A DNA stretch of 62,974 nt, filler included, from Myxococcota bacterium (lineage in GTDB: Bacteria; Myxococcota_C; UBA6777), in the NCBI GenBank assembly GCA_023150835.1. It is 9 parts of 9 records of this genome, joined end to end, with 100 filler letters (N's around TTAATTAATTAA, not from the genome) between each part and the next. Parts side by side here need not be neighbours in the genome. Positions count along the whole stretch, not along the records: positions 10,355 to 16,094 come from JAKLKB010000214.1; positions 16,195 to 27,049 come from JAKLKB010000215.1; 7 more parts are not named here. One strand, 5' to 3'. The notes beneath the pieces are model-generated. The model saw only the letters and a list, made by a program, of their open reading frames with translations. It searched no databases and was not told where the DNA came from. Below, one piece after another: positions 10,906-20,820 of this stretch (its first letter is position 1; the number at the start of each line of letters is the position of its first letter). The translations under genes were made by a program, and so were the position numbers.

Positions 10906-11664
10906 TCACCAGAGGATCCTTTCTTTTGTAGCATGAGGGGGATGCTCTGAAGAGCGAGGAGGCGGGGACTTGGTGAGTTCAACGATCAACCAGATGGTCG
11001 AGGCAACCAACAAAGCCCCGCCCGTCGCATAGGCAAGATTGGCCCCTAACGCCAAACCGTCGGCATTTCGGAAGTGAAGGGCCGCAGCAGGGAGCTTGTG
11101 GTAGGCTTTTTCAGCGGCATCTTGCTCAGAAAGAGCAACGGCTCCGAGGATGGCAGCCCCCACAAAAGCAGCGGCCCCGATGCTGAGCAAGACGATGGAA
11201 GGGACGATATCAGGGGAACGAGAAGGCGGCGGAGGTCGGCGACGAACAGGGTGATGGAGGAGGAACTCTTTGCGCCAGAGCAAGAACTGTCGCCGCATGA
11301 GCGGACTCATCTCTCCACGCAACGGGACATCGGGATCGCTCTTGAGGGCTTGGCGAAAAGCGTCCTTGGCAAGGCCCTTTTGAACTTTGTTGTAATAAGC
11401 GAGGGCGAGAAGTTGGAGGTATTGCGCCCGAAGAGAAGCAGAAAGCTCGGAACGTTCGAGTTCTTTTCGCAAGAGGGGAAAGGCTTTGTCGGGTTCTTCG
11501 TCGACAAACCGAATTAGCTGCGAGAGAGGAGTGGCGGCCCATCCGAGCGAACGGCCCCCCAAGCCTCCAAGAAGCACAAAACAACAGAGGATCCAACGCA
11601 TCATACCAAGAGCTCCATAGCCTCGAAGCCGCTGCGGCAAAGATCGAGATTCACCAACGGACAA
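10906..11664 (-). CDS. exported TPR-like protein with C-terminal hydrophobic segments
   Basis: Signal-like stretch, LALAYY...AKDAFRQALKSDP, two hydrophobic segments; true start may be ATG 11604. Confidence 0.65.
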   Translation of the reverse strand: MSVGESRSLPQRLRGYGALGMMRWILCCFVLLGGLGGRSLGWAATPLSQLIRFVDEEPDKAFPLLRKELERSELSASLRAQYLQLLALAYYNKVQKGLAKDAFRQALKSDPDVPLRGEMSPLMRRQFLLWRKEFLLHHPVRRRPPPPSRSPDIVPSIVLLSIGAAAFVGAAILGAVALSEQDAAEKAYHKLPAAALHFRNADGLALGANLAYATGGALLVASTIWLIVELTKSPPPRSSEHPPHATKERILW

Positions 11665-13918
11665 AAGGGGGTTGCGCGATCTGGTTGGGAGAGATCACGA
11701 TGGCGAGTTTTCGGACCTGCGTGCTTTGGCCTTCACGGTACAGGGTGAGGTTGTGGCTGCCTGAAGGCAAAGAGATCGGTGTGTGGCTTTGTCCGATCTC
11801 ACCGAAGGGAGCGAGCAAAACAGAGGACCAAGGCTTGCTGCGGATGAAGACTTGGCCCATCTCCACACGCTTTTCAACGCGGTGCGTTCCGCCCGACGAA
11901 AGATCCACAGAAAAAGTCCAAAGGAAGAGTTTTTGCCGATGGATACAGCGAAAGCGATAGCGTTTTGGCTCCAAAGAAAGCGTGAACTGCGAGTGTTTAC
12001 CGTAGTCTTCGTATTGGTTTCGCAAGACGCAAGGAAAGGGCGATATCTGAACGATCAGCGTGGCTTTCTGTGCGGCAGGTGCGGTGGGTGCAAGAGGACG
12101 GTGAAGAGGTGGGGTGGATGCGCGGAGTGTAGGAGCCTGCACCGTATTGGGACGGATCACAAGAGGCGAGTGTTTGGATAGGGCGATGGATGGGGCGGTT
12201 CTGGCGTTCTGCGAGAGGGCCTTCGCAAGAGGTCGCGCCTTTGGGGAACGGGTACGCCGAAGATAAGGGCGCTTCGGAAGGCGCACGATAGGAGAAGGCG
12301 TTTCATCGGGTGTTATGGAAGAGGCATCCACGGGATCGCGTTGTTGTCGTGGAGATTCAGCAGAAGAAGCGCCCTCTGGATCTGGAAGAGCAAGAACAAG
12401 AGAAGGTCGATCGGTAGGACGAGCCGCCAAGCTCGCCCGCTCTTTGGGGCGAAGGGGTGAGGGCAGCGCAGCATCGCGAGCTTTTTGATGGCGGGGCAGC
12501 GGAGAAGATCGTTCGACAAGCAAAACATTCGGTAGCCCAGAAGGATTACGCCAAAAAGACCCCCCCCAAAAAGCCATCCCAAGCAAGGCAACAACGACCA
12601 GCACAAATGCTATTTTCTGCGGATACAACGGTCTTTTTGATTTAGACAACGCAAGAGCCGAAGCATCGGACACAAGAGCCGAAGCATCGGACGCAAGAGC
12701 CGAAGCATCGGACACAAGAGCCGAAGCATCGGACGCAAGAGCCGAAGCATCGGACACAAGAGCCGAAGCATCGGAGGGACGAGGGGCATTTGCGGAGAGA
12801 GAAAGCGAGGGAGAAGACCAGACAGCGTCTTGGATGGTGTCTTTTTTGTGACGAGAGGCGAGTTCTTCGGGGGTTTGAGCGAGGGTATCGGAATAAGCAG
12901 CCAAGCCGTACCAAGAGACTTTGGAAAGGGATCTGGATTCGCCACGCAACAGCGAAGAAAGCCACGATTGGATCTCGTTCGGTCCATAGAGGGGATGTTC
13001 GTGTCTTCGACAAAGTGATTCGAGTTCTTGGCGGACGTGGAAAGCCTGTTGGGGTCGGCGTGTTGGGTCGGGTGAAAGCAATAGGTCGAGATAGGAACTG
13101 ATCGCATGAGGAAGATGTTCGACGATCTGTTTCGCCGAAGGGATGGGCGATTCAGCAAGTTTTGCGAGGCGGATGAGGTGTTCGTGGTAGAGAGTCGGTC
13201 GAAAAGGGGCTTGGCCAGTGAGGAGCTCGTAGAGGACAGCAGAAGCAGCGAAGATGTCGGACTGTGGGGAGGTTTGTGCATAAAGAGCTTGTTCGGGGGC
13301 CATGTAGGCAAAGCTGCCTTTGGGCTTGGCTTCGAGCGTTTGGAGGGCTTGATCGCGTTGTTCCCACTTGGCGATGCCAAGATCGATGATCTTGACAAGG
13401 CCGTGAGTCGAGAGCATCAGGTTTTGAGGTTTGAGATCCCGATGCACCAGATGCAGCGGTTGCTCGTGAAGAGTCGCGGTGTGGGCGTGATGGAGGCCCT
13501 CGAAAAGCTGCGCTGCGATAGAAAGCGCCATCGGCCAAGGGATCGGGGTTTTGCGGGTTTCTCGATGTTCGTGCAGCAGATCGAAAAAGTCCAATCCTTC
13601 GACGATCTCCATCTCAAGGCCAAGCAAAGCGTGCTGTTTGTCTTCGAATGCGTTGTTAACGCGCACAAAGTGTGGAGAGTGACGCAAGCACTCGCTGAGT
13701 CGGGCTTCTTCACGAAAGGCAAGCAAACGCAGCTTGAGGACGTCGACGTTGGGGGTGGCGTCAAGGCGCATGATCTTGAGCGCGACCTGCATCTCAAGGC
13801 CGAAGGCTTCGGTGATCTTGATAGCACGCCAGACTTGCGCTTGTCCGCCACTTCCAAGTAGCCGCACGAGTCGAAAAACGCCTTGTTTGATGGTAGTTTC
13901 AGGTCGAAGCGGTTGCAA
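11651..13918 (-). CDS. Ser/Thr protein kinase with TM segment and PEGA-like C-terminus
   Basis: LGSGGQAQV, VALKIM, HRDLKPQN, IDLGIAK, YMAPEQ; TM IAFVLVVVALLGMAFWGG. Confidence 0.92.
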   Translation of the reverse strand: MQPLRPETTIKQGVFRLVRLLGSGGQAQVWRAIKITEAFGLEMQVALKIMRLDATPNVDVLKLRLLAFREEARLSECLRHSPHFVRVNNAFEDKQHALLGLEMEIVEGLDFFDLLHEHRETRKTPIPWPMALSIAAQLFEGLHHAHTATLHEQPLHLVHRDLKPQNLMLSTHGLVKIIDLGIAKWEQRDQALQTLEAKPKGSFAYMAPEQALYAQTSPQSDIFAASAVLYELLTGQAPFRPTLYHEHLIRLAKLAESPIPSAKQIVEHLPHAISSYLDLLLSPDPTRRPQQAFHVRQELESLCRRHEHPLYGPNEIQSWLSSLLRGESRSLSKVSWYGLAAYSDTLAQTPEELASRHKKDTIQDAVWSSPSLSLSANAPRPSDASALVSDASALASDASALVSDASALASDASALVSDASALALSKSKRPLYPQKIAFVLVVVALLGMAFWGGSFWRNPSGLPNVLLVERSSPLPRHQKARDAALPSPLRPKERASLAARPTDRPSLVLALPDPEGASSAESPRQQRDPVDASSITPDETPSPIVRLPKRPYLRRTRSPKARPLAKALSQNARTAPSIALSKHSPLVIRPNTVQAPTLRASTPPLHRPLAPTAPAAQKATLIVQISPFPCVLRNQYEDYGKHSQFTLSLEPKRYRFRCIHRQKLFLWTFSVDLSSGGTHRVEKRVEMGQVFIRSKPWSSVLLAPFGEIGQSHTPISLPSGSHNLTLYREGQSTQVRKLAIVISPNQIAQPPFVRW
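12650..12775. repeat. coding 21-bp tandem repeat x6 (SDASALV/A)
   Basis: C(G/A)CAAGAGCCGAAGCATCGGA units, alternating variants. Confidence 0.92.
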
Positions 13919-13947
13919 AGACTATCCCTCTCTCGAAAAGCCCGAGA

Positions 13948-15714
13948 TTAGCGCAAAAACGAGAAGATCACAAAAAACACGACGGTAAAAAAGACGCCCA
14001 CTGCAAGGCCGATCAAGATGCCCGTCTTCATGCTCGTATCAGTCGGTGGGGGTGGAGTACTCGGAAGGTGCGAGATCACAGAGTCGACAGGCGCGTGATG
14101 AGGCATCGGGGCCGTCTCGGCCAACGAAGTAGGTGAAGTCGTCGCGTAGTGGGATGCCACAATCGCCGCTTGCACGTCAAAGGGCTCTTCGCGCGTTTTA
14201 CTGAAAACGTCCGACAGATGAGAAGAAACGACGGGCTGAGGAATGTATCCATGAATCGAAGGGGAAGAGTCCGCCGATGCCAAATGCGCAGAACTCGATG
14301 GATGAAGTTTTTCTGTAGGCGTTGATTTGGCCGATGGATAGAGGATCTCCAAGGCTTCTGCGGGGATCTGTTGCGTGGCAGGCATCGGATCGGTGCTGAC
14401 TTCGTGTTCATGGCTCGGTGAGGCGGATGTGTAGGATGGTGCAGGATAAGCCGATGGATGGGGGTTTGCAGAAAGGTACGAGGACGTCGAGGCATCAGGA
14501 GATCGTGCGGGATACGACGAAGTCGGCAGGTAGGGATGTTCCGAGGATGCCGATGAATAGGGATGTTGAGACGGCGTTGAGGATGCCGATGAATAGGGAT
14601 GTTGAGACGGCGTTGAGGATGCCGATGAATAGGGATGTTGAGACGATGCCGACGAAACGGACGGATAGGGATCGGAAGAAGCAGAAACAAAAGAAGCTGC
14701 TGTGCTGGGAGGAGGGGGAAGCGCGGCAAGGCGAGGGAAAAGATCGGGAGGAGGGCCGACAAGCGCTTGTGGAGCCAAAAGATCGATCCCATGAACGGCG
14801 CGAAGGATCTCAAGGAGGTTTTTCGGATCGATCGGAGCGGTTCGGACCCGCGAGACCTGCTGGAGATCGATGGTTTGATCGAAGAGATCTTCGAGGGCTT
14901 GACGAAAAGCATCGCAAGAGGGAAAGCGATCCGTCGGATCTTTCGCAAGCGCCCGCATCACGATGTCGTTCAAGCCATCGGGAAGATCGGTGCGAAAGTT
15001 GCGGATGTCATCGGGTTCGGCTTCGGTGTGAGCGATCAAAACATCGGTGTATCCGCCTCGAAAAGGTGGATGTCCAACAAGCAATTCGTACAAGCTGATC
15101 CCGAGCGAATAGATATCCATGCTCGGGGTAGGAGGTAGCCCACGGATCTGTTCGGGCGAGATGTAGGTGATCGTACCGAGTAGAGAGCCTTCTTTGGTTT
15201 TGATGAAACTGCTTTCGAGCATCTTGGCGATGCCAAAGTCTAGAATCTTCGGAGTGATCCGCTCTTCTGTGATGTGGAGCATGATGTTGGCGGGCTTGAT
15301 ATCGCGGTGAACGATATGATGCCGATGAACAAAAGCCATCGCCTCCAAGATCGGCAAAAAGAAGTTCTGGATCTGCTCGATAGAAAGACCAAACAGATTT
15401 TGTTGACGCATGAAAGTTCGCAGATCCACACCGTCGATCCATTCCATCACAAGGGCAAAGATGCCCTCTTCGTCGATCAGCCCCAACACTTGGCCGATGT
15501 TGGGATGAGAAAGGCGGCATTGGATCTGTGCTTCTTGTTGAAGGCGTGCGCGTACTTCTTCCGAGGCATTGTGGTGATCGGACAAGACCTTAATCGCCAC
15601 CCATCGCTCAGGAACAAATTCGGCGACGGCTTTGTAAACACGCGCCATCCCCCCGCGCCCAACTTCCTTAACAAAGCGGTAGCGACCAACCCGACTCCCT
15701 ACAAGTTCCGCCAT
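13948..15714 (-). CDS. Ser/Thr protein kinase with Ser/Pro-rich linker and C-terminal TM
   Basis: GRGGMARVY, VAIKVL, HRDIKPAN, DFGIAK, YISPEQ; SQHPYSSASS repeats. Confidence 0.93.
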   Translation of the reverse strand: MAELVGSRVGRYRFVKEVGRGGMARVYKAVAEFVPERWVAIKVLSDHHNASEEVRARLQQEAQIQCRLSHPNIGQVLGLIDEEGIFALVMEWIDGVDLRTFMRQQNLFGLSIEQIQNFFLPILEAMAFVHRHHIVHRDIKPANIMLHITEERITPKILDFGIAKMLESSFIKTKEGSLLGTITYISPEQIRGLPPTPSMDIYSLGISLYELLVGHPPFRGGYTDVLIAHTEAEPDDIRNFRTDLPDGLNDIVMRALAKDPTDRFPSCDAFRQALEDLFDQTIDLQQVSRVRTAPIDPKNLLEILRAVHGIDLLAPQALVGPPPDLFPRLAALPPPPSTAASFVSASSDPYPSVSSASSQHPYSSASSTPSQHPYSSASSTPSQHPYSSASSEHPYLPTSSYPARSPDASTSSYLSANPHPSAYPAPSYTSASPSHEHEVSTDPMPATQQIPAEALEILYPSAKSTPTEKLHPSSSAHLASADSSPSIHGYIPQPVVSSHLSDVFSKTREEPFDVQAAIVASHYATTSPTSLAETAPMPHHAPVDSVISHLPSTPPPPTDTSMKTGILIGLAVGVFFTVVFFVIFSFLR

Positions 15715-15913
15715 CTTCCACCCCTATCGCGCAACACTCCGCAAGACCACCCAACCCATGCCATCCGTCCAAAAACCTTTTTGACGCAACACGCAACTCA
15801 CCTCCAACAACACCCATCGACCCACAAGAAAAAAACAGACTACCCAAGCCACGCTTTCTTGCCAAGCCCCACAACACCAAAACAAAAACGCACCGTCGAC
15901 ACCGCTTCTACAA

Positions 15914-16032
15914 CCCCCGTGTTCGAGCCATTTCAAGCGGCTGTGCTGTTCGATTGAAAAACGTCCATTCACCCCGCCGATACGGGGTCAAGGGAGCCGC
16001 GCTCTATGGCGGGGCGTGGGGTGGAACCCCAC
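15914..16032. repeat. Repeat family B: ~120 bp, CCCCGTGTTCG...TTCAAGCG...GGGGTCAAGGG...GTGGGG..CCCCA
   Basis: Diverged copies at about 16392-16508 (rc), 21333-21451, 27001-27049 (rc, partial), 32262-32363, 32756-32872 (rc), 53621-53737 (rc), 54627-54743, 56748-56863 (rc). Confidence 0.85.
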
Positions 16033-16249
16033 ACGCGCTAGGTTAAGGTGGAAACACCGGATAGTCTAGCCTGATCGCCGTTTCTTTTGTCGCCNNNNNN
16101 NNNNNNNNNNNNNNNNNNNNNNNNNNNNNNNNNNNNNNTTAATTAATTAANNNNNNNNNNNNNNNNNNNNNNNNNNNNNNNNNNNNNNNNNNNNTTGGAC
16201 TGGTAGACAGAAACATCGGAGGAATGGACGTCTTGTGATGTCCCCTCTC

Positions 16250-16373
16250 AGACGAGATCCGCCCGTTGAGTGATCGTAAAAATGTAGGGGCAGCCCCCTG
16301 TGGCTGCCCAACCATCGGGCGGTTCGCGAACCGCCCCTACATCATGCGATCATACCTTACGCGGAGATCGTAT
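16250..16373. repeat. Repeat family C: GTAG-type REP doublet inside ~29-bp imperfect inverted repeats (REPIN-like)
   Basis: GTAGGGGCAGCCCCCTGTGGCTGCCC...GGGCGGTTCGCGAACCGCCCCTAC within ATACGARATCCGC.../...CGGATATCGTAT-like ends; copies 42257-42371, 53810-53930, 54384-54498, 58461-58584; single REPs near 58328 and 60879. Confidence 0.88.
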
Positions 16374-16540
16374 GACGCAATCGAATGGTTTGGGTGGGGT
16401 GTGACGCCACGCCCCACAAGGGAGCGCAGCTCCCTTGACCCCGTATCGGCGAAGAGATTACTGGTTTTTCAAAACAACGGCTCTGTCGCTTGAAGAGCGC
16501 GAACACGGCTTTTTTTGGCGACTTCGTAAGTCCTACAAGA

Positions 16541-17179
16541 TCAAAACCCAACCCCCAAAGGATCTTCGGGTTTGTCCGTTGTGGTGGGGATCTCGGGCGT
16601 TTTAAGAAGCCCTTTCTTTTTGCAGTAGGAAGTGTCGCCGCCGTGGGCTTGGTTGTACTTGCAGACGAGTTGGCGTGTGTAATCGATCTCTTGCCGCGCC
16701 ACAAGGATCTGCGCATGGCTGCGGTCCACGATCATATCCAAGCCATGCTTTGCTCGGATCTTTTCAAGGATCGGCAACATCTTCTTCACGATCTTGTTGG
16801 TTTCTGTGGCTTCGACTTGCATCAATTGTTTCGTGAGACCCGCATACGCCTGTTGAAGCTGGAGAAACATCCGCTGCATATCGGTTTGCAGCTTTTGGAC
16901 TTCTTCTTTTTTTAACGTACTTCGGTGCATATCATAGTACGCTTTTTTCTCCTTCAATCGTTGCTGCAATCCGTTGAGTTGTTCTTGGTAGCGGGCTTTC
17001 ATCTGTGCGAGGCGCTTCTTGGCCTCAAGGCCGTCTTTGGTGAGCAGCAGCGCTTTTTTCACATCCACATAGCCGATCTTGCCCGCGTGTGCCGAAGGCA
17101 AAGCCACCGAAAAAACAAGGGCAAACGTCACCAAAGAAACAGCAGCACGCACAAGTCGGAACAAGGGGCGATCAAACAT
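16541..17179 (-). CDS. skp: OmpH/Skp periplasmic chaperone
   Basis: Signal peptide ending AHA, KIGYVDVKKAL, long coiled coil, GLDMIVDR...IDYT; start overlaps the pheT stop. Confidence 0.85.
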   Translation of the reverse strand: MFDRPLFRLVRAAVSLVTFALVFSVALPSAHAGKIGYVDVKKALLLTKDGLEAKKRLAQMKARYQEQLNGLQQRLKEKKAYYDMHRSTLKKEEVQKLQTDMQRMFLQLQQAYAGLTKQLMQVEATETNKIVKKMLPILEKIRAKHGLDMIVDRSHAQILVARQEIDYTRQLVCKYNQAHGGDTSYCKKKGLLKTPEIPTTTDKPEDPLGVGF

Positions 17180-19046
17180 TGGTTTCTCCGTGAGATTTCG
17201 AGGGTTCAAGAGCGTAGAGATCCTCGGTAGCAAGGAGGGGTTGGAGGCTGATCTCAAAGACGGCGAGAGGTTGGACGAGGCGGAGTTTTTCGAGGACAAC
17301 GGGGTGGATCTCCCCTGCGATGCCGACAGGTTCATCACGGTAAAACAACTGCGCGGCGCGGCCTTCGAGAAATGCAGGGTGTTGGATCGACTGGTAGGTC
17401 AGAGGCATACCGAGTTCGTGGGCGATGGCTTCGGTGATGGCTTTGATGTCGGAGAATCCGACCTGTGTATCCAAGATCCCCCCCGAAAGATGCAGACGCT
17501 CGGAAGGATGGGGGGTTCCCTGTTCAAAGATCACCACGTCATCCGCCTCAAACAAACGCTGCGGAAGTCCTTGGCCGCGATTGAGTGCAAACAACCGAAG
17601 CAACTGGGGCAAGATCATCGTGCGCATCATGGATTGTTCGACCGATGCGGGGTTATCAAGCAAGACGGCATCTTCGGGATCATCGACGTTCATCAAAGCA
17701 TATTGTTCTTCCGGATTGGAAAGCAAAAGGCTCATCACCTCAAAGAATCCAAGGCCGATCAGCGCGCTGCGAGCGCGATTCGCAAGGATCCGCTCGGGTC
17801 GCTCTTGAGCCACCGTCATATTCGGAACCAACACAGGGACGATGCGATGATAACCATAAGCGATCGCAAGATCCTCGATCAGATCGACTTCGTGCATGAT
17901 ATCGTTGCGATAAGGGGCAACCGTCACACGGATGTGATGTTCGGAGCCTTCGGTGGCTTCGGCATGATGACGCATTCTTCGCAACAATTCGATCGCCTGC
18001 TCGCGGGTGATATCGATCCCGATGCGGCGACAAGCATGATGCACGTCGATCTCGAAAGACTCTGTCGCCATCGTAGGCAAAGCAACGGATGTTGCAGGGA
18101 GATTGTGCATTGCAGGGAAGCGCATCTGTACGCGCTCCGCCGCCGAGCCCGGAAACAACTCAAGCATCGAAGTGACAAGCGTGTGCAGGCACTTGGTGAC
18201 GACACGATCCGAGATCCCCGTCACATCGACAAAGACATCTTTGGTCTCGGTTGTCACGCGGGTTTCGTGGGAATTGATGATCGGCGGCATCGAAAGAACT
18301 TGCTCGACTTTGTCGATCAACAAAGGGACGCGAGGATGCCCTTCGAGCAGATGGGCGTAGGCCGTGCCTTTGGGATGGTGTGAGAGGATCGCTTGGGGTG
18401 TGACAGCCTGTCCGTCACTTTGCAGCGGAACAAAGCGGATATCCTCGCGTCCAACGGTGGTATAAGTGATCGGCCCTTTGATCGCAGACAGGTCATACAC
18501 CCCGATAGAGGCGAGTTTGCGATCTCGCGCCAGCGCCCAGTGCAAGTTTTCTTGCAGCTTCATCAGCATACGCAAACCGACATCATCGATCTGCAAGTTG
18601 CGGATCACCGCACACCCGATCTGCGGACGTACCGCTGCGACCGAGGCATCCACAAACACCTCAAGGCTCGGAGGTTCGAGACGATACGCAGCCAGTCCCG
18701 TCTCCACCGCCAGCAGCCCTTTGATGGCACGCGTCAACCCGCCTGCATCGAAGATATCGGGGCGAACGGGCAACAAATCCATCTTGACCACATCGACATC
18801 CCCGAGATATTCCCAAAGCTCGTCGGGCTTGCCTTCGACCAAGGTTTCGGGACAACGGGAAGGAAGCTCTTCGTTGGGATTGAGTTCGATCAGCGCGCCA
18901 CTCGGGCGGCAACGATAACGCCGCAGCTTGCTGAAGCCGTCGAGATCCACGCCCAACTGATCGAGATGCGCTTCCATCTCGCCAGAGGTCAGATCGCGGC
19001 CAAGACGCCGATTAAGTTCTTCGATAGGAATAGCGATCACAGGCAT
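17172..19046 (-). CDS. pheT: phenylalanine--tRNA ligase beta subunit, archaeal/eukaryotic type
   Basis: RPDI, LQENLHWALARDRKLASIGVYDL, VLSMPPIINS, YRNDIMHEVDLIEDLAIAYGY; 624 aa; no bacterial OB-fold or FDX-ACB domain evident. Confidence 0.93.
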   Translation of the reverse strand: MPVIAIPIEELNRRLGRDLTSGEMEAHLDQLGVDLDGFSKLRRYRCRPSGALIELNPNEELPSRCPETLVEGKPDELWEYLGDVDVVKMDLLPVRPDIFDAGGLTRAIKGLLAVETGLAAYRLEPPSLEVFVDASVAAVRPQIGCAVIRNLQIDDVGLRMLMKLQENLHWALARDRKLASIGVYDLSAIKGPITYTTVGREDIRFVPLQSDGQAVTPQAILSHHPKGTAYAHLLEGHPRVPLLIDKVEQVLSMPPIINSHETRVTTETKDVFVDVTGISDRVVTKCLHTLVTSMLELFPGSAAERVQMRFPAMHNLPATSVALPTMATESFEIDVHHACRRIGIDITREQAIELLRRMRHHAEATEGSEHHIRVTVAPYRNDIMHEVDLIEDLAIAYGYHRIVPVLVPNMTVAQERPERILANRARSALIGLGFFEVMSLLLSNPEEQYALMNVDDPEDAVLLDNPASVEQSMMRTMILPQLLRLFALNRGQGLPQRLFEADDVVIFEQGTPHPSERLHLSGGILDTQVGFSDIKAITEAIAHELGMPLTYQSIQHPAFLEGRAAQLFYRDEPVGIAGEIHPVVLEKLRLVQPLAVFEISLQPLLATEDLYALEPSKSHGETNV

Positions 19047-19057
19047 AACGCGCTCCG

Positions 19058-20593
19058 TTACCTTGAAAGGGCGCTTTCCTTGAGCCAGTCCAGTTGGCTC
19101 AAGTAAAGCTGTCGGATATCTTCGAGCTGATAGCGCACCATCGCGAGACGTTCGAGGCCAAGCCCCCACGCCAACACAGGGACATCCACCCCCGCAGGCT
19201 GCACCACTTCGGGGCGAAACACGCCTGCACCGCCCAATTCAAACCAGTCCTTGGCCCCCGGCAAACGCACAAACACCCCCACCGAAGGCTCGGTATAGGG
19301 GAAAAAGTCTGGGCGGAACTTGACTTCATCGAAGCCCATTTGTTTGTAAAAGGCAGTAAGCGTCCCAAGCAACGAGGCAAAACTGGCGTCTTTGTCGATG
19401 ATCACGCCGTCCACTTGGTGAAATTCAGGAAGGTGCTTCCAGTCGATGGTTTCGCGGCGAAACACCCGCCCGACACAAAAGATCTTTTGCGGAGGTTGGG
19501 GGTTTTTGTGGCACGCAGCCACCGTCACGGCGGTGGTGTGGGTACGCAACACCACTTGGCGGGCTTTTTGGGCGCTCCACTTGTAGCGCCATCCTGTGGA
19601 CCCCGTCTGTCCGCCATCTTCGTGTGTACGACGGATCGTCTCGACAAGCGCCTCGTCAGGCAGTTCAAATTGATTCGGTCGGGCGCAATAAAAGGTATCT
19701 TGCATCTCGCGTGCGGGATGATCTTGGGGCTGAAACAGCGCATCAAAGTCCCAAAAAGCACTCTCCACATACGGGCCTCGGATCTCCGCAAAACCAAGGT
19801 TGAGAAATGCCCGCCGTGTCTCTTCAAGAACGCGGCGTAAGGGGTGCATTTTCCCCGGTCGGACGGGGGCCGTTGCGAGTGTGACGTCATAACTGCGGAA
19901 ACTGGCTTTGCGCCACGCTCCAGAAAGCAACATCGCTTCGGTCAGTTGGTTGATCTCGACCCGTTCTTCGATCCCGTCGGAGAGGACATCCTTTCCGATC
20001 TGCGTCAAACGGATCTCTCGAAACTTCCGCTCTTTGCTGCGGAGGTAACCTCGACTACGCAAGCCTTTGATGATCTCTTGGACAGCTTCGTCGTTGCTCT
20101 CGGAGGCGTCGAGCAACAAACAAGACTCCGGAGATCGTGTCAGGCGATCGAGCAAGATCTCATCGGGTTGACGGATATCAAGGTCTGCAGCAGACGACCA
20201 CACCAAGGATTTTCCTGCGCGCTCGGCGTATCCTTTGGCCGTCAGAGAACGCATGATCTTGCCGATAGCTTGGGCGTCTGAACCTGTGGCTTCCGCAAGC
20301 TCCACAGGCGTCATCGGCTGCGCCTTTTGACGCAAGGCCTCGGCGGCTCGGCGCTCCAACAAAGAAGCCCCGCTTTTCACAAACGCCAAACCCTCTTCAT
20401 CCAGCGAAAGCTCCAACCGAATCTCTTCGGTGATCTCGATCCAACCGTCTTGTGCAAACGCTGTGGCGACCGCCATCGCTTGCGATTGATCGATCCCCGT
20501 CTGCGCCACCACAGCCTCCATACCGAGGCGGCCCCCTTGGGCTTCAAGCTGCTTGAGTACTTTGTATGCGTTCGTTGTGAGTTGGCGTACCAT
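19058..20593 (-). CDS. pheS: phenylalanine--tRNA ligase alpha subunit, archaeal/eukaryotic type
   Basis: GKMHPL, FWDFDALFQPQDHPAREMQDTF, LRTHTT, HLPEFHQVDG, FFPYTEPS, ELGGAGVFRPE, AWGLGLER; 511 aa with long N-terminus. Confidence 0.95.
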   Translation of the reverse strand: MVRQLTTNAYKVLKQLEAQGGRLGMEAVVAQTGIDQSQAMAVATAFAQDGWIEITEEIRLELSLDEEGLAFVKSGASLLERRAAEALRQKAQPMTPVELAEATGSDAQAIGKIMRSLTAKGYAERAGKSLVWSSAADLDIRQPDEILLDRLTRSPESCLLLDASESNDEAVQEIIKGLRSRGYLRSKERKFREIRLTQIGKDVLSDGIEERVEINQLTEAMLLSGAWRKASFRSYDVTLATAPVRPGKMHPLRRVLEETRRAFLNLGFAEIRGPYVESAFWDFDALFQPQDHPAREMQDTFYCARPNQFELPDEALVETIRRTHEDGGQTGSTGWRYKWSAQKARQVVLRTHTTAVTVAACHKNPQPPQKIFCVGRVFRRETIDWKHLPEFHQVDGVIIDKDASFASLLGTLTAFYKQMGFDEVKFRPDFFPYTEPSVGVFVRLPGAKDWFELGGAGVFRPEVVQPAGVDVPVLAWGLGLERLAMVRYQLEDIRQLYLSQLDWLKESALSR

Positions 20594-20820
20594 CCTCCAA
20601 ACACTCCTCTACATCGGGCTGTTCCACAGATCACCGCTGCTTTTGCTTGCGTCGCCCTTCGCAAGAAGACAAGCCTCTTAGCACATCAAGCACCGAAGAT
20701 CAACGCTTCTGCGGCTTGCGTTTGCGCGACCCTCTGCTTGACTTTTTGCGCGCTTTGCCCACGATCTCACCGCGTCTTGCATCCCTACACTCGACCTCTT
20801 AACCACCCCGAGGCTTTTCG

